DNA from: Thermoanaerobaculia bacterium
Lineage (GTDB): Bacteria; Acidobacteriota; Thermoanaerobaculia; Gp7-AA8
Assembly (NCBI GenBank): GCA_035544675.1
Contig: DATKCA010000283.1
Span: forward strand, 2,097 to 66,096
Direction: 5' to 3'
DNA: 64,000 nt
In this document: piece after piece, positions 48,919 through 58,800 of the stretch
How positions within the stretch are numbered: position 1 is the first letter of the stretch
Layout: each line of letters starts with the position of its first letter
The notes under the pieces: model-generated
Told to the model about the DNA's origin: nothing
Database searches by the model: none
The model's input: only the letters and a program-made list of their open reading frames with translations
Translations under genes and position numbers: made by a program

Positions 48919-49749
48919 ATGGCAGTCCCACGATCCGGACCCACTTGGCGTCGCATTTTCGCCGTGCTGCTTTTTGCCGTGGCGGTCTCGTACGCGTACT
49001 ACGCGCGCGATGAGTTTCCGCACGGCGGGACGAAGATCGGTCTGACCCTCGGCATCATCGGGCTGCTGCTCATTCTCCTGCTCGCGTACTTCGGGATCCG
49101 GAAGCGCTCCTACCGCTCCACCTTCGGCACGCTCGAACAGTGGATGCAGTCCCACATCTACCTCGGCATCCTCGTGTTCGTGATCCTGCTGCTGCACACC
49201 GGCGGAAGGTTCAACGACCAGATCGCCGTGACGACGTTCATCCTCGTCGGAGCGGTGGTCCTCTCCGGGATTCTGGGAGCGATCCTCTATGTGACGGTCC
49301 CCCGGATGCTGACCGAGGTGGAGAGCAACCTCACCATCGAGGAGATCTCGGACAACGCCAACCAGCTGGCGCGGCAGATGGCGCGCACCGCCTCCGGCAA
49401 GTCGGCTCCGTTCCAGCGCATCTACGATGAGCTGATCTACGAGACGCGCCCGGGGTGGCTGGCCGGCTGGCGCCTGGTCATCTACAGCGCTCGAAAGAAG
49501 GGGCAGACCTCGTCGGACTGGGCGAATCTGCTGCGGCTCGTGCCGAAAGAGGAGCAGGACGAGCTCCGGTCCCTTCTGGTGACCTCGCGTCAGCGGAAGG
49601 AGCTGCTGCTTCGCCTGATGTATCAGCAGCGCTACAAGAACATCCTCGAGGCGTGGCTCTACATCCATGTTCCGTTCACGATCGCGTTGCTCGTCTTCTC
49701 GGCTCTGCACGTCGCGGCCGTTTTCTATTACGGGAGCGTGAGGTGGTGA
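48919..49749 (+). CDS. integral membrane protein, putative dihaem cytochrome b (ferric-reductase-like, two H-x13-H pairs)
   Basis: 5 predicted TM helices. TM3 SHIYLGILVFVILLLH and TM5 IHVPFTIALLVFSALH each carry two His spaced exactly 13 residues apart, as in bis-His haem b ligation of FRD/NOX/MsrQ-type proteins. Confidence 0.5.
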   Translation: MAVPRSGPTWRRIFAVLLFAVAVSYAYYARDEFPHGGTKIGLTLGIIGLLLILLLAYFGIRKRSYRSTFGTLEQWMQSHIYLGILVFVILLLHTGGRFNDQIAVTTFILVGAVVLSGILGAILYVTVPRMLTEVESNLTIEEISDNANQLARQMARTASGKSAPFQRIYDELIYETRPGWLAGWRLVIYSARKKGQTSSDWANLLRLVPKEEQDELRSLLVTSRQRKELLLRLMYQQRYKNILEAWLYIHVPFTIALLVFSALHVAAVFYYGSVRW

Positions 49750-49753
49750 GCGC

Positions 49754-52087
49754 ATGAGTTACGTCATCCAGCTCGTCCAGGGCCGGGCCCTCAAGCTCAC
49801 GCAGGTTCGTGCTGACGTGCTCCGCATCGGACGCGGAACCAATGCCGACGTCCGCTCGGACAATCCTGCCGTCGCGTTCGAGCACGCCATCATCGAGAAG
49901 GATTCCGGCGGGTACTACACGATCATCGACAAGGGCAGCATCACCGGCACCTACGTCAACCGCAAGCCCGTGGAGCAGCAGCGCCTCGGCAAGGGCGACG
50001 TCATCGAGGTCGGTGACCTGCGCATCGAAGTTCAGGTTGCGGACACCACCAAGCCGCTCTTTCTCCGCCAGCTCTCTTCGCGCCGGCAGGCCGCGGCGCC
50101 CGGATATGCAGACGTTGGCGAGGACACCGGTTCCGGGTATCAGGCTGAAGCAGGAACCGGCACGATCGCAGCCGAGAAGGTCGACTACGTCGATGCCTAC
50201 GCGCTGCGGCGTCCCTGGCTGCACAAGTCGACCGTCGCATCGATCCTCCTGATCATCGCCCTGGGCGTGGTCGGCGAGGTCACGCAGGAGGACAAGCAGA
50301 GCGTGTTCATGCCCGGCGGCGTCTCGTCGGCGCACTCGCGCGCCCGCGACGCCCAGGGCAATAGCATCGCCGAGCGATGCGCCGCCTGTCACACTCCGTG
50401 GAAGAGCATCACCGACGACAAGTGCGCACAGTGCCACGCCATGGCGCCGCATGCCACGCACGAGCTGAAGGCGCCGGCATGCTTCACCTGCCACTCCGAG
50501 CATCGCGGGCTGGCCAGGCTGGCGGCCATTCCCGACGTGCGCTGCAACGAGTGCCACAAGGACCTCAGCAAGCACGTCAAGACGAGCCCGGACGAGCTGG
50601 CCAAGCTGCGTTTCGCGGATGGCCGTTACAGCTTCGCGGAGATCCAGAAGATCAACGCATTCGGCGACGTGCATCCCGAGTTCGTCTTCCCGGCCGATAC
50701 GAACACGCTCAAGTTCAACCACAAGCTGCACCTCGCCCCGAACGGCGTCTTCAACGCCACGGGGCGGCGCGAAGTCCTGGCCTGTAACGACTGCCATAAC
50801 CTGGTGGACGTCCGCGGCAAGGTCGATCCGGTCCAGCTCCAGTTCGATACTCACTGCCAGCGTTGCCACAAACTGACGTTCGACCCGCGCTTCCCGCGGG
50901 CCGAGGCGCCGCACGGTGGCGATCCGGGGCTGGTGTACGGATTCGTTCTGGCCACGTACGCGGGGAACACCGAGCTGGCGGGCAAGTCCGCCGTCGAGGT
51001 GCGGCGCCTCTTGTCCCAGCGGCAGGTGGTGGCACCCGATCAGCGCGCGCTGCTCAATGCCGAGCAGGTCATCAAGACCAAATGCGACAAGTGCCATGAC
51101 CTGGAACGGCGCGGCCCCAACAATCAGCTTGCCGCCGTGCCGCCGAAGATCCCCACCACGTGGTTCGCCGCCTCCGACTTCGAGCACGGCGCCCACAAGC
51201 AGATCAGCTGCGAGCAGTGCCACGACAAGGTCCGCCAGAGCGTCCCCACCAGCGACGTGCACATGCCGACGCGCGAGGACTGCACGGAATGCCACGGGAC
51301 GAAGGCCGCGCCCGGTGTCAAGCAGACATCGAGTGCATGCGTGGCCTGTCACGACTATCATTTGCGGACTGATCAGACCAAACCGATAGTATTGGCAGCG
51401 GGACTCGCGGGCACGGCAGGGCCGGCGGGCGCACTGCTCGATCCCGCCAGCGGAGGGCGAATGCTTCAGACCATTCTCATCGCAGCAATCATTGTCCTGC
51501 TCTTCGTGGTCTTCATCCCGCTCGGCGCCGCGCTTTATCAGCGTCTGAAACCGTCGCGCACGGCCACTCCGCGAGGAGCCGCTCCGGCCAAGGGACCCAC
51601 GGTGAAGGTACCGCCGATGTCCGCTCCGCCCATGCAGGCCCCTTCGGCTCCGGCCGAGCCGCCGCAGCGCGCATCCGCTCCCCGTCCGCCGGCCGAGGCC
51701 GCGCCCACACAGATGCTCAATCTCGACGCCATCAAGCCTCCGGCCTCGGGCCCCGTAGCGGGCGGTGCGACGGAGATGCTGCAGTGGTACGGAATGCTCC
51801 GATGCACTTCCGGCCCGCTGGACGGGCAGAATTTCATCATCGAGGAGGACGGCTTCTACATCGGCCGCGATTCGACGATGTCGAAAGTCGTGATCAACGA
51901 CGGGCGCGTGTCGAAGAGGCACGTGAAGATCCAGCCGCGAAACGGGAAGGTGTTCGCCATCGATGAAGGATCGACGAACGGCACGTTCCTCACCGCGGGC
52001 GGGCAGCGCATCACCGAACACCAGCTCAAGCGCGGGGACACTCTGATTCTGGCCGACAACGCTGCCACATTCGTGTATCAGATCTGA
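49754..52087 (+). CDS. inner-membrane protein: N-terminal FHA - TM - periplasmic decahaem cytochrome c domain (10x CxxCH) - TM - Pro-rich linker - C-terminal FHA
   Basis: FHA1 in aa 1-95 (IGRGTNADV..FEHAII..ITGTYVN). TM helices at aa 161-176 and 570-596 with positive-inside flanks. CxxCH at aa 209, 224, 243, 264, 344, 368, 444, 486, 510 and 529. FHA2 in aa 676-777 (YIGRD..SKRHVKI..GSTNGTFL). Confidence 0.8.
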   Translation: MSYVIQLVQGRALKLTQVRADVLRIGRGTNADVRSDNPAVAFEHAIIEKDSGGYYTIIDKGSITGTYVNRKPVEQQRLGKGDVIEVGDLRIEVQVADTTKPLFLRQLSSRRQAAAPGYADVGEDTGSGYQAEAGTGTIAAEKVDYVDAYALRRPWLHKSTVASILLIIALGVVGEVTQEDKQSVFMPGGVSSAHSRARDAQGNSIAERCAACHTPWKSITDDKCAQCHAMAPHATHELKAPACFTCHSEHRGLARLAAIPDVRCNECHKDLSKHVKTSPDELAKLRFADGRYSFAEIQKINAFGDVHPEFVFPADTNTLKFNHKLHLAPNGVFNATGRREVLACNDCHNLVDVRGKVDPVQLQFDTHCQRCHKLTFDPRFPRAEAPHGGDPGLVYGFVLATYAGNTELAGKSAVEVRRLLSQRQVVAPDQRALLNAEQVIKTKCDKCHDLERRGPNNQLAAVPPKIPTTWFAASDFEHGAHKQISCEQCHDKVRQSVPTSDVHMPTREDCTECHGTKAAPGVKQTSSACVACHDYHLRTDQTKPIVLAAGLAGTAGPAGALLDPASGGRMLQTILIAAIIVLLFVVFIPLGAALYQRLKPSRTATPRGAAPAKGPTVKVPPMSAPPMQAPSAPAEPPQRASAPRPPAEAAPTQMLNLDAIKPPASGPVAGGATEMLQWYGMLRCTSGPLDGQNFIIEEDGFYIGRDSTMSKVVINDGRVSKRHVKIQPRNGKVFAIDEGSTNGTFLTAGGQRITEHQLKRGDTLILADNAATFVYQI

Positions 52088-52096
52088 GGGATATCG

Positions 52097-53806
52097 ATGC
52101 GTGCATTCTTGACTACTTCTGCGGCGATCCTTCTTGCCTCCCTGGCCGGCGCTCAGGTGCCGAACCCCGAACCGGAATCGTGCAGCGCGCCCCTGAGCGC
52201 GGTGGCCCGCTGTTCGGAGGCCGAGGGTGGAGGAGAGGAGTTCGACTCGCTCAACCCGGCCGAGATCGACGCCATCGTGAAGGCCGCGGCGAGCGCAACC
52301 AACCGCACCGACCTCACCATCGCCGTGGTCGACCGGGCCGGCCGTCCGCTGGCTCTCTTCCGCCAGCCCAACGCCGATCCCGAGAACGACGACAAGGCCG
52401 TGGGCGTGGCCAGGACCACGGCGTTCTTCAGCCACAACCAGGCCCCGCTGTCCTCGCGCACCGTCCGGTTCATCAGCGCGATCCATTTTCCCACCGGGGT
52501 CACCAACACCAACAGCGCGGCGCTGTATGGCATCGACAACACCAACCGCGGCTGCGACTTCAACGTCGTGTTCAACGAAGGCAAGTGCACGCCCCGCGCG
52601 CGCAGCCTCAACGGACGCCCCTGCAATGCCTTCGACACGAGCGGGTGCGGACAGGGAATCGTCACCGGCAAGATCTTCCCGGGTGACGAGATCCAGCAGT
52701 CGGTGAACGCGGGCGGCATCCCGCTGTTCCGCATCCTGAATCTGACCGAGGCCGACCAGGGTCGCGTCTCCGAAGGAAAGATGATCGGCGGCATCGGCGT
52801 CGTCGGCATCTCCGAGGATCCCAGAGAGGAAGATCCGCAGATCACCGAATACGCCGCGGCGACGGGGGCGTTCGGCGCTCTCAACGCCGGCGTCGGGGCC
52901 ATCGTCCCCGTGCCCCAGTTTCCCCTGCCGAAGCCGGGTAACGTCTTCATCGACGGCATCCGCCTCCCCTTCCTCGGCCGCGACATCACGCTGCGGTTCA
53001 ACGAGGACGGTCTGCCGACTGGCGTGCTGCTGGCGGGGATCCAGGCTGGCACCGATGCCGGCGAATACGCGATCGCGCCGCGCAACGGCGGATGCGCCGC
53101 GAACGGCTACCTGGTCGGGCCTCTGGCCGGCTCGAGACTGACGGCCGCTGAAGTCGACGCGATCGTTCGCCGCGCCGACTCCGCCGCCAAGAGAACCCGC
53201 GCGGCGATCCGCCTCCCGCTCAATCGCTACGCGCGGATGGCCATCGCGGTGGCCGACCTGGACGGGACGCTCCTGGCCGTCTACCGGATGCCGGATGCGA
53301 CGATCTTCTCCACCGACGTATCTGTGGCCAAGGCGCGCAACGTCGTCCACTTCAGCACTTCGACCGATCTGGCGGGCGTGCCGGCGGGAACCGCGGTCAC
53401 CAACCGATCCATCGCGTTCGGCAGCCACCCCTTCTTCCCGCCGGGCATCGACGGGCGCAACTTCAAGCCCCGCCCCGGTCCCTTCTTCGAGTCGATCTTC
53501 GTGCGCGATCTCAACAATCCCTGCTCCCAGGGACTGCAGCCGGCCAACGCCAATCAGAGCGGCATCGTCTTCTTCGCCGGCTCGACGCCGCTGTTCCGCG
53601 GCAACGAGATGATCGGCGGCCTGGGAGTATCCGGCGACGGCATCGAGCAGGACGACTACGTGACGTTCCTCGGCGCGGGAGAGTTCCTGCCGCCCCGGGA
53701 GCGGTGGGCGGACCGCATCATCATTGATAAGGTCCGGCTGCCGCAGTACAAGTTCCCAAGACAACCGGAAGGCGTCACAGAATGTGGAGGTGGACCGTGC
53801 GACTGA
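52097..53806 (+). CDS. secreted protein with two GlcG/HbpS-like (DUF336, haem-/cofactor-binding) domains
   Basis: Signal peptide. Two segments resembling the DUF336 core (IDAIVKAAASAT..DLTIAVVDRAGRPLALFR..AVGVARTTAFF and VDAIVRRADSAAKRT..RMAIAVADLDGTLLAVYRM..SVAKARNVVHF). Confidence 0.6.
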   Translation: MRAFLTTSAAILLASLAGAQVPNPEPESCSAPLSAVARCSEAEGGGEEFDSLNPAEIDAIVKAAASATNRTDLTIAVVDRAGRPLALFRQPNADPENDDKAVGVARTTAFFSHNQAPLSSRTVRFISAIHFPTGVTNTNSAALYGIDNTNRGCDFNVVFNEGKCTPRARSLNGRPCNAFDTSGCGQGIVTGKIFPGDEIQQSVNAGGIPLFRILNLTEADQGRVSEGKMIGGIGVVGISEDPREEDPQITEYAAATGAFGALNAGVGAIVPVPQFPLPKPGNVFIDGIRLPFLGRDITLRFNEDGLPTGVLLAGIQAGTDAGEYAIAPRNGGCAANGYLVGPLAGSRLTAAEVDAIVRRADSAAKRTRAAIRLPLNRYARMAIAVADLDGTLLAVYRMPDATIFSTDVSVAKARNVVHFSTSTDLAGVPAGTAVTNRSIAFGSHPFFPPGIDGRNFKPRPGPFFESIFVRDLNNPCSQGLQPANANQSGIVFFAGSTPLFRGNEMIGGLGVSGDGIEQDDYVTFLGAGEFLPPRERWADRIIIDKVRLPQYKFPRQPEGVTECGGGPCD

Positions 53807-55797
53807 GAGTCTCCCTCGTCGCCCTCCTCCTCCTTCTCACAGCCCTCACCATCAGCGCCCAGGTCACGATCAATCGTGACCGCGCCGTCTTCACCGGCGA
53901 AGTCCCCTTCACGCTCTGGGGCACCGCTCCGCCGAACTCGGTCGTGACGATCACGGTCGACTCTCCGGGCCTGCAGCCGGTGACGACGGCGGCGGGTCCG
54001 GACGGCTCGTGGAGCGTGCTCTGGACGCAGCCGCTGCGGACCGGCGTGTACGGGATTACCGTGACGGCGGGCGGCGCGACGTCGACGCAGGACCTGCGCG
54101 TGCAACTGGAAGGCAACGTGGCCCGGCAGCCCCAGATCGTCGAAGAGCCGCGTTTCGCCATCCCGCGCGTTTACGACATGGATGAGAACACGGAGCTGAC
54201 GGACCGGTGGCGGATCGTGCCGCCTCCGTACGAGCTCGACGAGCCGCCGCGGGGGCGGAAGATCGGCGACCGTGGCGCGACGCTCGATCCGTACAACAAG
54301 AACCTGCTCAAAGGCGATTACCCCATCCGCGGCAAGGACACGTTCCTCGTGCTGACGGGAATCTCCGACACCACCATCGAGTCGCGGTCTCTGCCGACGC
54401 CTTCCGGTCCCAGCGCCGCCCGGGTGGACAGCTTCACGTTCTTCGGCGACAACGATCAGGGCATGGTGATCCAGAACCTGATCCTCACGGCCGATCTCTA
54501 TCAGGGGCTGACCACGTTCCAGCCGGTACGGCAGCGCTTCAGAGTCACGGCAATCGGGAACTATACCCACCTGAACGTCGCCGAGAACTCGGTGGTGAAG
54601 CCGGACGTGCGGCGTGGCACCGAGCGAAACGACGGCCGCCTTTCGGTGCAGGAGTTCTTCTACGAGCGCAAGCTCGCCGACCTCAGCCCTTACTTCGACT
54701 TCGTGTCGGTCCGGGCCGGCTCGCAGCAGTTCTCCAGCGACTTCCGCGGCTTCGTCTTCTCGGACACGAACCTGGGCGTGCGCCTCTTCGGCAACTACGG
54801 CTCGAACCGCTATCAGTACAACCTGGCCGCCTTCGAGCGGCTGGAGAAGGACACGAACAGCGGCCTGAATCGAAACTTCGTTTTCCGCGAACAGCAGGTG
54901 GGCGTGGCCAACGTCTACATCCAGGACTTCATCCGGAAGGGGTACACGCAGAGCTTCTCGATCACTCATCAGCGGGACCGGCCGGGCGAAAAGCTGCACT
55001 TCGATCGCAACGGGATCCTGGTACGTCCCGCTCCGATCGGCTCGTTCACCCCGCACGACATCGACGCGACGTACGTCGGCCAGGCCGGGTTCGGACACTT
55101 CGGCCGGCTGAATGTGGATCACGCGCTGTACTACGTGTTTGGCAAAGACAGCCACAATCCGATCGCCGGGCCCGATCCGGAGCTGCGGCGAGGCGACGAG
55201 ATCGACATCAGCGCGGGGATGGCGGCGGTCGAGCTGTCGTACGACCGCGACTGGCTCCGGCCGCGCTTCGCGTTGTTCTACGCGTCCGGCGACAGCAAGC
55301 CGCGCGACCGTACGGGCACCGGCTTCGACTCGATCTTCGACGGTCCCGCCTTTGCCGGCGGCGGCTTCAGCTTCTTCAACCGCCTGGGCATCCGTCTGTC
55401 GCAGACCGGCGTCGCGCTCGTGGATCGCGGCAGCCTCATCACCTCGCTGCGCAGCAGCAAGGACGAGGGGCAGTCGAACTTCGTCAACCCGGGCGTGCAG
55501 CTCGTCAGCCTGGGGCTGGACATCGAGGTCACGCTGCGGCTCAAGGCCATCCTGACCGCGAACTACATCAGGATGGACAGCACGGCTGCGGTCGAGGAGC
55601 TTCTGTTCCAGGGGGACATCGACAACGAGCTGGGCGCTGATCTGAGCGTCGGCCTGCGGTACCGGCCGTTCTTCACTCAGCAGTGGATCGTGGTGGGCGG
55701 CATCGCCGGATTCATTCCGGGACGGGGCTTCAAAGACATTTACGAGAGCGACAACCCGCTCTATCACGTGTTCTCCAACATCATTTTGCAGTTCTGA
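53782..55797 (+). CDS. putative outer-membrane beta-barrel protein (~670 aa) with N-terminal Ig-like domain
   Basis: Signal peptide (LVALLLLLTALTISA-QV). Alternating beta-strand pattern over ~500 aa. C-terminal ...NIILQF (terminal Phe, OMP sorting signature). Size comparable to MtrB/PioB-class porins. Confidence 0.5.
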   Translation: MWRWTVRLRVSLVALLLLLTALTISAQVTINRDRAVFTGEVPFTLWGTAPPNSVVTITVDSPGLQPVTTAAGPDGSWSVLWTQPLRTGVYGITVTAGGATSTQDLRVQLEGNVARQPQIVEEPRFAIPRVYDMDENTELTDRWRIVPPPYELDEPPRGRKIGDRGATLDPYNKNLLKGDYPIRGKDTFLVLTGISDTTIESRSLPTPSGPSAARVDSFTFFGDNDQGMVIQNLILTADLYQGLTTFQPVRQRFRVTAIGNYTHLNVAENSVVKPDVRRGTERNDGRLSVQEFFYERKLADLSPYFDFVSVRAGSQQFSSDFRGFVFSDTNLGVRLFGNYGSNRYQYNLAAFERLEKDTNSGLNRNFVFREQQVGVANVYIQDFIRKGYTQSFSITHQRDRPGEKLHFDRNGILVRPAPIGSFTPHDIDATYVGQAGFGHFGRLNVDHALYYVFGKDSHNPIAGPDPELRRGDEIDISAGMAAVELSYDRDWLRPRFALFYASGDSKPRDRTGTGFDSIFDGPAFAGGGFSFFNRLGIRLSQTGVALVDRGSLITSLRSSKDEGQSNFVNPGVQLVSLGLDIEVTLRLKAILTANYIRMDSTAAVEELLFQGDIDNELGADLSVGLRYRPFFTQQWIVVGGIAGFIPGRGFKDIYESDNPLYHVFSNIILQF

Positions 55798-55811
55798 GGG
55801 ACGAGGCTTAG

Positions 55812-58800
55812 ATGAAGAAGACGTTCTTCGTAGTGCTCATTGCGGCGGCGGTTGCGGCGACGTTGTTTGCCGCCACTCAGCAGGGTGAGCCCGTCCGCGC
55901 GCCTCAGACCTCGCCGCTCATGGGCCAAACCCAGGCCCAGGCGGACGAGAAGAGCAGCGGCTGTCTTTCGTGTCATGAAGGCATCGAGCCGATGCACGCA
56001 TCCGCGGCGGTGAAGCTCGGATGCACGGACTGCCACGGCGGGAACGCGGGGGTCATGGCCAGTCGCATCGACGACGAGGACGCCAAGAACCGCGCCCACA
56101 TCCTGCCCCGGAACAAGGAGATCTGGAAGACGTCCAGGAATCCCGTGGGAACGTACACGGCCCTGCTGAAGGAGTCTGCCGAGTTCGTGAAGTTCATGAA
56201 CCCGGGCGATCTGCGCGTGTCGAAGGAAACGTGCGGCGATTGCCATCCGCAGCAGGTGGCGGCCGTGCCGCGAAGCACGATGTCCACCGCCGCCGTCTTC
56301 TGGGCGGCCGTCTCCTATGCGAACGGCCTGATCAGCAAGAAGCCCGGCCTGCTCGGCGAGAGTTACAACCGGGAAGGGAATCCACAGATCCTCCGCCCGG
56401 CCGTGCCGCCCACGCCCGAACAGATTGCCAAAGGCGCGCTGCCGCTCGTCGTCCCTCTGCCTCGTTGGGAGATCTTCCAGCCAGGGGAGTACTTCCGCGC
56501 GTTCGAGCGAGGCGGTCTCCTGAACAACACCATTCCGCCGGAAGTCGGCAATCCGAATCCGCTGCTGGGCGACGAAGCAGGGAAGCCGGACATCCGCGTC
56601 AGCAACCGCGGCCGCGGCACGGGAAGCCGTGTCTCGCCGGGCCTGATCAACCTGCAGAAGACCCGTCTCAACGATCCGCACCTCTCATTCCTCGGGACCA
56701 ATGAGCATCCCGGCGACTATCGCTCCAGCGGCTGCACGGCATGCCACGTGGTGTACGCGAACGACCGTGATCCGCTTCACTCCGGACAGTGGGCGAAGTA
56801 CGGGCACGTCGGCCTGTCGCAGACCGGCGACAAGACGATCCCGAAAGACGAGAAGGGTCATCCCATCAAGCATCAGTTCACGCGCGCCGTGCCGACGTCT
56901 CAGTGCATGAGCTGTCACATGCACCAGCCGAACTCGTTCGTGAACACGTACCTCGGCTACCTGATGTGGGACTACGAGAGCGACGGCGAGCTGATGTGGC
57001 CGAAGGAGCAGAAGTACCCGACTCCCGACGAGCGCCGGAAGAGCCTCGATCACAACCCGGAGGGCGCCGCGGTCCGCGGACTCTGGACGGACATCGACTT
57101 CCTGGAGCGCGTCAGCAGCCTGAACCCGCAGGCCAAGAACACGCAGTTCGCCGACTACCACGGCCACGGCTGGAACTTCATGGCCGTGTTCAAGCGCGAC
57201 AAGAAGGGCAACTTCCTCGACGCCAACGACACGATCGTGTCGAAGGACGACCCCGAGAAGTTCAAGAAGGCCGTGCACCTGCGTGACATCCATCTCGAGC
57301 GCGGCATGCACTGCTCCGACTGCCACTTCTCGCGGGACGAGCACGGCGACGGCCAGTTGTACAGCGAGTACGGAACGAACATCGAGATCGAGTGCCAGGA
57401 CTGCCACGGGCGGCTCGATCGCAACACCAACCTGCGGACCTCCGGGCCGCTCGCGCCGCCGGGAGGAACGGACCTCCGTCTGGGGACCACGCCGTTCGGC
57501 CAGCGTCGCTTCATCTGGTCCAACGGGATCCTCTATCAGCGCTCGATGGTGAACCCGGGCATGGAGTGGGTGGTGCGCCAGGTCAGGGACACCGTCACGC
57601 GGGGTCACCAGCACTACAACGACAAGTCGCATTACGCGAAGACGGTGCAGCGCGGCGGCGCCGGGTGGGGCAACACCAGCAACGTCGCTCACAGCGAAGA
57701 CAAGATCACGTGTTACGCCTGCCACTCCTCGTGGATGACGTCGTGCTTCGGCTGCCATCTCCCGCAGGAGCAGAATGCCAGGTCGAACGCCCTGCACTAC
57801 GAAGGGACGGAGACGCGCAACTACGCCTCTTACAACCCCCAGGTTCTCCGCACGGATGTGTTCATGCTCGGCGTGAACAGCCCGCTCAAGGGAGCCAAGA
57901 TCGCTCCGGTGCGCTCATCGAGCGCCCTGACGCTCAGCTCGATCAACCCGAACCGGCAGCGCATCTACATCCAGCAGGCTCCGATCTCCGCGCCGGGCTA
58001 CAGCAGCCAGGCCTTCAACCCGCACGTTCCCCATACGGTGCGCAGCAAGGAGACGCAGGCCTGCAGCTCGTGCCACATCAGCGAGGCGAACGACAACAAT
58101 GCCTGGCTGGCCCAGACATATCTGCAGGGAACGAACTTCGTCAACTTCGTCGGCCGGTTCGCCTGGGTGGCCACGGGTGACGACGGGTTCGAAGCGATTG
58201 CGGTGACGGAGTGGGAGGAGCCGCAGGCGGTCATCGGGTCGTATCTGCACAAGCTGGCCTATCCCGACTGGTACGCGAACCATCAGAAGCGCAAGAAGGA
58301 GCTGGCCGAGGGATATCACCATCATGGCCACGCCAAGATGGTGCAGTTGCGGGGCGAGTATCTGTATGCCGCGAACGGCGACAGAGGCTTCGAGGCCTAC
58401 GACGTCGCCAACGTCGACAACAAGGACTTCTCCGAGCGCATGATCTCGGCGCCGTCGTCGCCGATCGGGCAGCGCACGTTCATCAAGTCGAAGTACGCCG
58501 CGGCGTTCTCGCTGCCGACGAACATGCCCATCGACCCGACGCGCGAGACGACATCGATCCCCGAGAACCAGGAACAGCCGTGGCATCCGCTGTACCGCTA
58601 TGCGTACATCGCCGACAAGTATGAGGGTCTCATCCTCGTCGACGTCACGACGCTGACCGACGGCGATCCTCTGAACAACTTCTTCACGCGCGCGCTGACG
58701 TGGAATCCGGAAGACCGGCTGCACGGCGCGCAGTCGATTCACGTGGCCGGGCGGTGGGTGTACATCGGCACGGAGAAGGGGCTGGCCATCGTCGACGTCG

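Noticed and set aside
46524-48956. 810-aa minus-strand ORF
   Set aside because: Antisense to the FNR-cNMP-ferredoxin gene, whose domain signatures are unambiguous.
49676-53764. 1362-aa ORF on the minus strand
   Set aside because: Antisense to three well-supported plus-strand genes (FHA-decahaem, GlcG tandem). Arg/Gly/Ala-rich, typical high-GC third-position artefact. No domain signatures.
53656-55767. 703-aa minus-strand ORF
   Set aside because: Fully antisense to the outer-membrane beta-barrel gene. Composition-driven.
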